NCBI GenBank assembly: GCA_964035575.1
Contig: OZ037836.1
Location: 1,674,001-1,738,000 of the forward strand
DNA: 64,000 nucleotides
Direction of reading: 5' to 3'
Source of the DNA: Rhynchopus sp. YZ270_cl-10
Lineage: Eukaryota
Both the position numbers and the translations under genes were made by a program. Each line of letters starts with the position of its first letter. Position 1 is the stretch's first letter. Positions 44,701-53,700 of this stretch are shown here, in pieces. Under the pieces are notes generated by a model that made no database searches, was not told the DNA's origin, and saw nothing but the letters and a program-made list of their open reading frames with translations.

Positions 44701-47700
44701 GGCAGACCTGTCTCGACCCGAACACGGCAGGAACGAGTCTGAGCGACTGGACGTGCACATGCCCGCCGCCGAGCCAGGGCACCGCTGTCGGCGGCCCTGT
44801 GGCGAAGTGTCTGCTGGACGAGTGCGTGGAGATGTGCGCGACGTGTGCGCAGGGAACATGTGGCGACCAGACATGCGAGGACCCGGACCAGTCGCCGACG
44901 TCGGTGAACGACTGGCGCTGCGTGTGTCTGCCGCCGTCGAACATAGTGGCGATTGGGAACCGTGCGACGTGCGCGGTGGACGAGTGCGACGGGAAGGTGT
45001 GCACGCTGGGGCAGCACTGCTACGACCCTGACCTGACTGCGCCGGACACGTGGCAGTGTGAGTGTGTTGCGCCTGCGACCGGGACCCAGCTTATGGGGAA
45101 CGCGACGTGTGAGGAGGACGAGTGCCAGGAGCACGAGGAGGTGTGCATGCGTGCCGGGCAGTCGTGCACGGACCGGAACAAGCAGGTGCACGACAACTGG
45201 CTGTGCGAGTGCATTGCGCCGGACCTGGGTCTGCCCGGGGCACAGAAGCCTGCAGAGTGCAAGCCGTCGGAGGAGTGCAAGGACAACACCCTGTGCAGTG
45301 GTGCCGGACAGCACTGTGTGGACCCGAACGCAGCGGTGCTGGACGACTGGGAGTGCCAGTGCATTGCGCCGCTGACGGGGACGCCTGTGACGAAGGGGGT
45401 CGCAGACTGCATGATTGACGAGTGCCTGGCGGTGTGCCCGACGTGTGCAAGGCAGACGGGGGCGACAACGCAGGTGTGCGAGCTGCACGGGCAGACGTGT
45501 GAGGAGCCGGACACGAAGACGCTGAACGACTGGCGCTGTGTCTGTGTGCTACCTGCGACGGGCACGCCCGGAGTGACGGCACCTGCAAACTGCCTTTTGG
45601 ACGAGTGTGTGGCGACCTGCGACAGCTGTGCGATGAACACGTGCTCGGACAAGGGACAGCTGTGCGAGGACCCGAACACGGACCCGAAGTACAAGCGCGA
45701 CTGGCTGTGCAAGTGCGTCCCGCCGTCGACGAACACGATGACCGCGGGGGCGGTGGCAACGTGCATGTACGACGAGTGCAGCGCACCGGGGAACAAGGAC
45801 GTGTGCGGGACGGACCAGCTGTGCGTGGACACGAACCAGGGTGAGGAGGGGACCTGGGAGTGCTCGTGCCCGGCACCGTACAGTGGGTCGGCGGCACAGG
45901 CGGCTGTTGGGAAGTGCTCGCTGAACGAGTGCACGACGAAGTGCAGCGGGTGTGCGGACAAAGACAACGGCCAGGGGAACGTGTGCACACGCGAGGACCA
46001 GACCTGCGTGGACCCGGACATCCACAACGACGGGGACTGGTACTGCGAGTGCAAGGTGGGGACTGGGCTGGCTGTCGGGAAGCCCGTTGTGCTGTGCGTG
46101 CTTGACGAGTGTGCTGTGGCGTGCCCGACGTGTGCGGACACCGGAGGCGGGAACCTGTGCACGAAGGAGGGACAGACATGCAAGGACGTGAACACTGCGG
46201 CAGACTCGAAGGGGGACTGGGAGTGCCGCTGCCCGCCGCCGTTTGAGGAGAAGTTTGTGAAGGCTGGGCTGGCGGTGTGCAGTGTCGACGAGTGTGCGGA
46301 CATGCTGGGCGGGAAGGTGAACGGGGCTGTGTGTGTGGACAACGGGCAGCTGTGCCACGACTCGCACCTCGACACGCTGAACGACTTTTACTGCGTGTGC
46401 CCGCCGCCGCGGCACGGAACGAAGACAGGGGCACCTGCAGAGTGTGTGAAGGACGAGTGCCTGCTGCACGAGGATGTGTGCAAGGGGGCAAAGCAGACCT
46501 GTCTGGACATCGACACCCAGGTGGACAACAACTGGGAGTGCCTGTGCGCACCGCCGTCGTCGAGCACGCAGCTGATGGGGGCCGCTGTGTGCGAGGTGGA
46601 CGAGTGTGTGGAGAACAGGCGCATCTGCGAGGGTGCGTCGCCGCCGCAGGTGTGTGTCGACGTGGACCGCACCCGCGACGACGACTGGGAGTGCAGGTGC
46701 CAGGTGCCGGCATCGGGCACTGCTGTGGCTGCTGCTGCGGCGTGTGTGCTTGACGAGTGCGTGGCGACGTGCGCGACGTGTGAGAAGGACCTGTGCACGG
46801 GGGCGGGACAGACCTGTGTGGACCCGAACACTGCGCTTGGGAGCCAGAACGACTGGGAGTGTGTGTGCCCAGTGCCGTCGTCTGTGACTGCAAAGGTGTC
46901 TGTGGCAGAGTGCCCTGTCGACGAGTGTGTGGGACACGGCTACGTGTGCCAGGCCGCACACCAGACGTGTGTGGACCCGGACCACGGGGCGACAAGCCTT
47001 GGCGACTGGGAGTGCCACTGCCTGGCGCCTGCGACAGGGGTGGCGATTGCAGGCGTGGCGTCGTGCAGTGTTGACGAGTGCACGAACCACGGCCACGTGT
47101 GCACAGGACACGGGCAGACCTGTGTCGACCCCGACAGAAGTGCGGACGTGCTACACGACTGGGAGTGCCACTGCGAGCCCCCGGCGACGCAGACGGCAGT
47201 AGCAGCGGCAGCAGAGTGCGTGCACGAGGGGGAGTGCAAGGACCCTGTTAAGGCTGGTGTCTGCGAGAGCCGTGGGCAGATCTGCGAGGACCCGGACATG
47301 ACGATCCTTGACGACTGGCGCTGCCTGTGCACGCCGCCGAGCCACGGTCTGCTGAATGTTGCAGGGCCGGCGTTCTGCATTCTCGACGAGTGTGTGGACT
47401 CGTGTGCGACATGCGCGAAGGACGTGTGCAAGTCAGCGGGACAGATGTGCGTGGACGAGAACAAGGACCCTGTGCTTGGACTGAACACATGGGAGTGCAG
47501 GTGCATTGCGCCCTCGTCTGGGTCGAAGGTCGCAGGTGCGGCGGTGTGTGTGGAGGACGAGTGCTCGTCGCACGCGTCGACCTGCACGGGTGCGGGGCAG
47601 GACTGCGTCGACCCGTCGACAACGACGAAGGGAGACTGGCGTTGCGAGTGCAGGCTGCCGTCGACTGGGACAGCAACTGCGGGGGCGGCCAAGTGCTCGA

Positions 47701-50700
47701 CGAACGAGTGCGACTTCCACGAGAAGACGTGTTCCGACGTGGGACAAGTGTGCTACGACCCGGACCTGTCGGCGCAGTCGCTTGGTGACTGGAACTGCAC
47801 ATGTGTGGCCCCGTACTCTGGGACGCAGGTGGGTGCGGCAGCAAAGTGCCTGATGGATGAGTGTGAGCTGTACGGACAGGTGTGCACGGCTGCAGGACAG
47901 ACCTGTGTTGACGAGGAGAAGGACATGAAGGGCTTCTGGAAGTGTGTGTGCCCGCCACCGAACAATAAGGTCAAGCGTAACATGGGTGTGGCGGACTGCA
48001 TTGTCGACGAGTGCACGACATGGACGAACACAAGCACCCCGTCTGCGATGCCGTCGAACGACGCGAGGGCGGTGAACCTGTGCGAGCAGGCTGGGCAGGT
48101 GTGCGAGGACCCGAACCACGACGCGTCGTCTGCTGGGGACTGGACGTGCACGTGCCCGCCTCCGGGGAACAGGACTGCGCGTGCACACGTGGCGGCGTGT
48201 GATGTGGACGAGTGTGCGGACCCTGCGAAGGAGGCTGTGTGTGCGGCCAAGGGGCAGCGCTGCGTGGACCCGAACTGGGAGCCTGGCCACGAAGGAGACT
48301 GGACGTGTGTGTGCGTGCCGCCGTCGGTTGGGACGGGGATGCAGGCGGCGGCCGTGTGCCTGGTCGATGAGTGCAAGACCGACGGTGGTGTGTGCCAGTC
48401 AGGTGGGCAGCTGTGTGTCGACACCGACCATGCGGAGGCTGGGACGTGGGCATGCAAGTGTGTGGAGCACGCGGGTGTGACTGCGTCGGAGCTGGGAGGA
48501 CTGGCAGACTGCAACCCGCCGTCGAGCGAGTGCAGAATCGACGCCATCCGTGAGGTGTGCACGTCGTCGAACCAGGGCTGCTACGACCCGGACCTGAAGG
48601 CACACAACGACTGGGTGTGCGAGTGCGTGCCGCCTGCGACGGGCCCGCAGAAGCAGGGTGAGGCGACAGTGTGTGTGCTCGACGAGTGTGCGGAGGAGTG
48701 CCCGACGTGCGGGAAGTCGGTGTGCGCGGCCGTGGGGCAGACATGCACAGATGCGAACACGGACGCAGCCTCGCTGAGAGACTGGGTGTGCACATGCCCG
48801 ACACCCATGACAGGGTCGAAGAAGGGGGGCGTGGCGGTGTGCCAGCTGGACGAGTGTGCTGCGGTGTGCGACGGCTGCCCGTCGGACATCTGCACTGCGG
48901 CAGGCACGCAGTGCCTGGACACGAACAAGGACACGCGTTCGTCCGGTGACTGGGAGTGCGTGTGCCGTGCACCTGCCCTGGGACGTGTGACACAGGGCGT
49001 GCCGGTGTGCCTGATTGACGAGTGCGAGCAGAACGCATACAAGTGCACGAATGGACAGACGTGCGCTGATGCGAACAAGCTTGCGGCGTCTGAGGGGGAC
49101 TGGACGTGCACATGCCCGCCGCCGACATCTGGGACTGCGGTGGCGAGTGCGGCAGTGTGTTTCGAGAACGAGTGTCTTGTGGATGCGAATGTGAAGACGT
49201 GCACTGCAGCGGGGCAGGTGTGCATTGACCCGACGCCGCAGCCGACGAACAAGGGTGACTGGGAGTGCCACTGCGCGCAGGGGAACACCTTTGCTGTGGC
49301 GGCGGCAGCAGTCTGTGTGCTGGACGAGTGTGCGGAGCAGTGCACGTCGTGTGCGGACAGCGGGGGCGGGAACGTGTGTGCGAAGGCCGGGCAGCTCTGC
49401 ACGGACCCGAACACGTCGCCGGAGAGCACACGTGACTGGAAGTGCCAGTGTGCGGCAGGGTCGAAGGCTGCGCTTGGTGGCCCTGCGACGTGTGAGGTGG
49501 ACGAGTGCTGGCAGCCAAGCAACTTTGGTGCACACACGTGCCATGGCACACCGCGGACGACAGTCGACGGGTGTGCGTGCCAGTGTGGCTGGCAGGTGCA
49601 GGATGCGGCACAGTACCCAGGGGCACATGGCCCTGGTATTGAGGTGGGCTGTCTGGCAGGGTGCTGCAACCCGAACGTTGTGGCGTCGGGGGCGTGGTGC
49701 CTGCTGGAGCCTGTGCAGACGACAGCCGTGTGCCAGGACCTTGTGACTGCGGGGGAGATGGTGCAGACGTGCGCGGTGCTGGCGTCGGGGGTGGCACCGG
49801 CGAACCCGGAGAACGTGTGCTCGAGGGCGGGTCAGCTGTGCGTCGACCGGGACACGAGTGCGACGAGCTTGGGTGACTGGCAGTGCGAATGCGTTGCGCC
49901 GGCGATTGGGTACCCGAGTGTCGGGAAGACTGGGTCGTGTGTGGTGGACGAGTGCGAAGCGAACGGGCAGGTGTGCTCTTTGGTGGGTCAGCTGTGCAAG
50001 GACATGGACAAGACGTCGGAGAACACGTGGACGTGTGTGTGCCCGTCGCCTGCGACAGGGTCTGCGACCGGGAAGGCGGCGACGTGCGTGTACGTGGGTG
50101 AGTGCGAGACGGCAAGCATTGCGGAGGTGTGTGCGCAGATGGGGCAGACGTGCTACGACCCGGACGCATCTGTGACTGGGAACTGGGTGTGCAAGTGCGT
50201 GGAGCCGTCGACGGGTGTGCCTGCGCTCATGACGACGGCGACGTGTGTGCTGGACGAGTGCACGGCAGAGTGTCCGACGTGTGCGGACAAGGGGTTCGGG
50301 AACCTGTGCGATGTGGCCGGGCAGCACTGCGTGGAGTCGTCGACGTCGCCAGCAAATGTTGAGGACTGGATGTGCAAGTGTGTTGGGGACGCAGTTGGGG
50401 AGTCTGTGGCGTCTGTGGCCGTGTGCATGCTGGACGAGTGCAAGATGAACAACGGGCGCCTGGCACAGCTGTGCGGTGCGGGGGGGCAGACCTGCAACGA
50501 CCCGAACAAAGCGGTGCTCGGGGGGCTGGACGACTGGGAGTGCGTGTGCCCGCCACCGCAGATCGGGCATATGACGGGGAAGCTTGCGACGTGTCTGCGT
50601 GATGAGTGCATGGAGGAGGACGTGGCTGTGGTGTGCACGGCGGCAGGACAGACGTGCCAGGACCCGAACACGGACGCACGCAGCACCGGGGACTGGACGT

Positions 50701-53700
50701 GCGCGTGCTCGGCGAAGCCAGGTGATACACCGAAGGTGGCGGTGGGGGAGCCCGCAAAGTGCGTGCTGCCACCGAGCTCGTGGTGCGTGCAGCACGGCGA
50801 CACGTGCACGTTCGTGGGACAGACTTGTGTGCCTGCCTGGCACTTTCTGGATGCCGGCTCGTGTGCGTGCATTGCACCGCAGACAGGGCCGACGAAGGTT
50901 GGGTCGGAAACAGTGTGCATCCTGGACGAGTGCACGGCGGTTTGTGCGACGTGTGCTGACCACGGTGCCGGGAACATGTGCACAAAGGCGGGACAGATGT
51001 GCCAGGAGGGAAGCATGAACCCTGTGACTGGGAAGGGGGACTGGCGCTGCAAGTGTGCCGGCTCGGACATGTCGGCGGTGGCGGCAGTGGCTATGTGCAC
51101 TGTGAACGAGTGTGACACAGACCTGAAGGCAAAGGTGTGCGCAGCTGCGGAGCAGACGTGCACAGACAAGAACACAGCTGGGGACTCGCTGAACGACTGG
51201 ATGTGCGCGTGCCACGAGCCCTGGACGGGGAGCAAGATGCTCGGGGCTGCAGACTGCAAGTTTGACGAGTGCCTGTTCGCCGGGAGTGAGTGCACGGCGC
51301 TTGGGCAGACGTGCTTCGACAAGGACACGTCGGCTCAGGTGCGTGGGGACTGGGAGTGCCGCTGTGTGGCACCTGCAGAGGGGTTCGCTGTTGCGAAGGC
51401 GGCGACGTGTGTGTACACGGGGGAGTGCGAGGTGCAGGCGAACGTGGAGGTGTGCACGTCGGCAGGACAGACCTGTGTGGACCCGAACCCGGCTGTGGCG
51501 GACGACTGGGAGTGCCGCTGCGTGTCGCCGCAGGCAGGATCACACACAAAGGCGGCAGTGGCGGTGTGCACGCTGGACGAGTGCCGTGCGACGTGCGCCT
51601 CGTGTGCGACGAAGCCAGGGTCGCAGACACACACATGCGCGTCTGCGGAGCAGGACTGCGTGGACCCGGACACGGCAGCGACAAGCATTGCGGACTGGAC
51701 GTGTGTGTGCCGTGCGTCTGCGTCTGGGGAGATGGTGGGTGCGGCGGCTGTGTGCAGCGTGGACGAGTGCTACAACGCAGAGAACCGTGCGGCGTGCTCG
51801 CGTGTGAAGGACACAACAGGGGCGGAGGTGCAGCACTGTGTGGACAAGGACTACACAAAGACCGGGGACTGGGTGTGCGAGTGCATGTACCCGTACCACG
51901 GAACGGCGGGACAGCGTGAGGCGGCGGTGTGCCTGGTCGACGAGTGCACGGCACCGGAGGCGTGGAGCAAGAAGCCGAACGGAAACGCGGTGTGCGGGGC
52001 GCAGGGACAGACCTGTCTCGACCCTCAGCAAGGTGTGGCGTCGGAGCTTGGGAACTGGGTGTGCCAGTGTGCGGACGGGACTGGGGAGCCGAACAGGGGT
52101 GCGCTTTCGACGACGTGCAAGCAGGACACACTGTGTGCGCAGTTCGGGTCTGCGTGCGGACCGCTCGAGATGTGCGTGGAGAAGGACGACACGTGGTCGT
52201 GCAGGTGCATTGCGCCCTTCGTGGGTGAGGCTGTTGAGGAGGCGGCGTCCTGTGTGCTGGACGAGTGCGTGGCGGAGTGCACGACGTGTGCACAGCAGGG
52301 GTCGGTGCACATGTGCACGCAGGCCGGGCAGAAGTGCGTGGACCACGACAAGTCACCGGACAGCCGTTCCGACTGGTCGTGCGTGTGCGAGGTCGGGAAG
52401 GGCGAAGCTGCTCTGCACATGGCGGAGTGCATGGTTGACGAGTGCGTGCTGAACGGGGTGACGTGCGAGGGGAAGGGCCAGGAGTGCGTCGACCCGGACA
52501 TGCATGCCGAGACAAGCGGAGACTGGGTGTGCCAGTGCATTGCGCCTGCGTCTGGGAAGGCTGTGGCCGGACCTGCGACGTGTCTGCTGGATGAGTGCAA
52601 CCTGTACGGCGGGAAGTGCACAGTGGTGGGACAGGTGTGCATTGACCAGAACACGGCCCCGGCGAGTCTGAACGACTGGACGTGCAACTGTCCGGCACCT
52701 GCGTCGGGGTTCATGTACGCAGGACCTGCGTCGTGCACGTACACGGGGGCGTGCAAGGATGCTGCAAACTTCGATGTGTGTGCGGACGCGGGCCAGCGCT
52801 GCTTCCCAGGGAACTCGTCGGCAGACGACTTCAGGTGTGGGTGTATGCCGCCGTACCGTGGGTCTGCTGGGGTGCGTGCCCCTGCACAGTGCATGATCGA
52901 CGAGTGTGAGGACATCTGTGCAACGTGTGCGCGCACGAGCGAGAAGGGCGTGAACGTCTGTGCGGGTGCGGGCCAGCGTTGCGAGGACCCGAACCTGTCT
53001 GTGCAGAGCCTGGGTGACTGGGTGTGCATGTGCCAGGCCCCGTCGACAACAGCGGCCGTTGCGCGTGCTGTCGACAGCTGCCTTGTGGACGAGTGCCTTG
53101 CCATCACCATGACAGGTGCACGCAAGTGTGACAACTTCAAGCGCTACACGAACGACGGCTGCGAGTGTGCGTGCGGCTGGAAGGTCAGCGGCATCAGCGG
53201 CAGCGGTGCCGGCCTGGACGAGCCCTGCAACACAGGCTGCTGCAACCCAGACAAGGCAAAGGAGGGAGACTGGTGCATTGTTGCCGACAGTGCCTTCAAC
53301 AAGCAGAGCGCTGTCTGCACTGCCCTTATCAGCAAGCAGAAGACGTGTGCGAACGAGCGTGCACCTGCCCCTGCAGGCGCACCTGTGAGCGAGTTTGTCG
53401 ACGTGTGTGCTGCCGCTGGCCAGCGTTGCTACGACCCGAACCACTCCCCAAGTGTGCAGGGTGACTGGGAGTGCCACTGCACAACCTCTGAGGAGTACCA
53501 CATCCTTGCCCCGGCTAAGTGCAGCGTGGACGAGTGCCAGCAGGTCACAGTGTGCTCGGAGGTTGGGCAGAAGTGCTTTGACAAGAACACCGATGCGGAG
53601 TCGAAGGGCGACTGGGAGTGCCAGTGTCTGTCAGGAAGCGGGGCGAAGGACATGGCTGCTGCAGAGTGTGTGTACGAAGGCCACGACGAGTGCCAGATTG

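Noticed and set aside
39177..53501. Long minus-strand ORFs (up to 1417 aa) opposite the giant gene
   Set aside because: Antisense shadows of biased codon usage; the peptides are R/A/V/H-rich with no recognisable domains.
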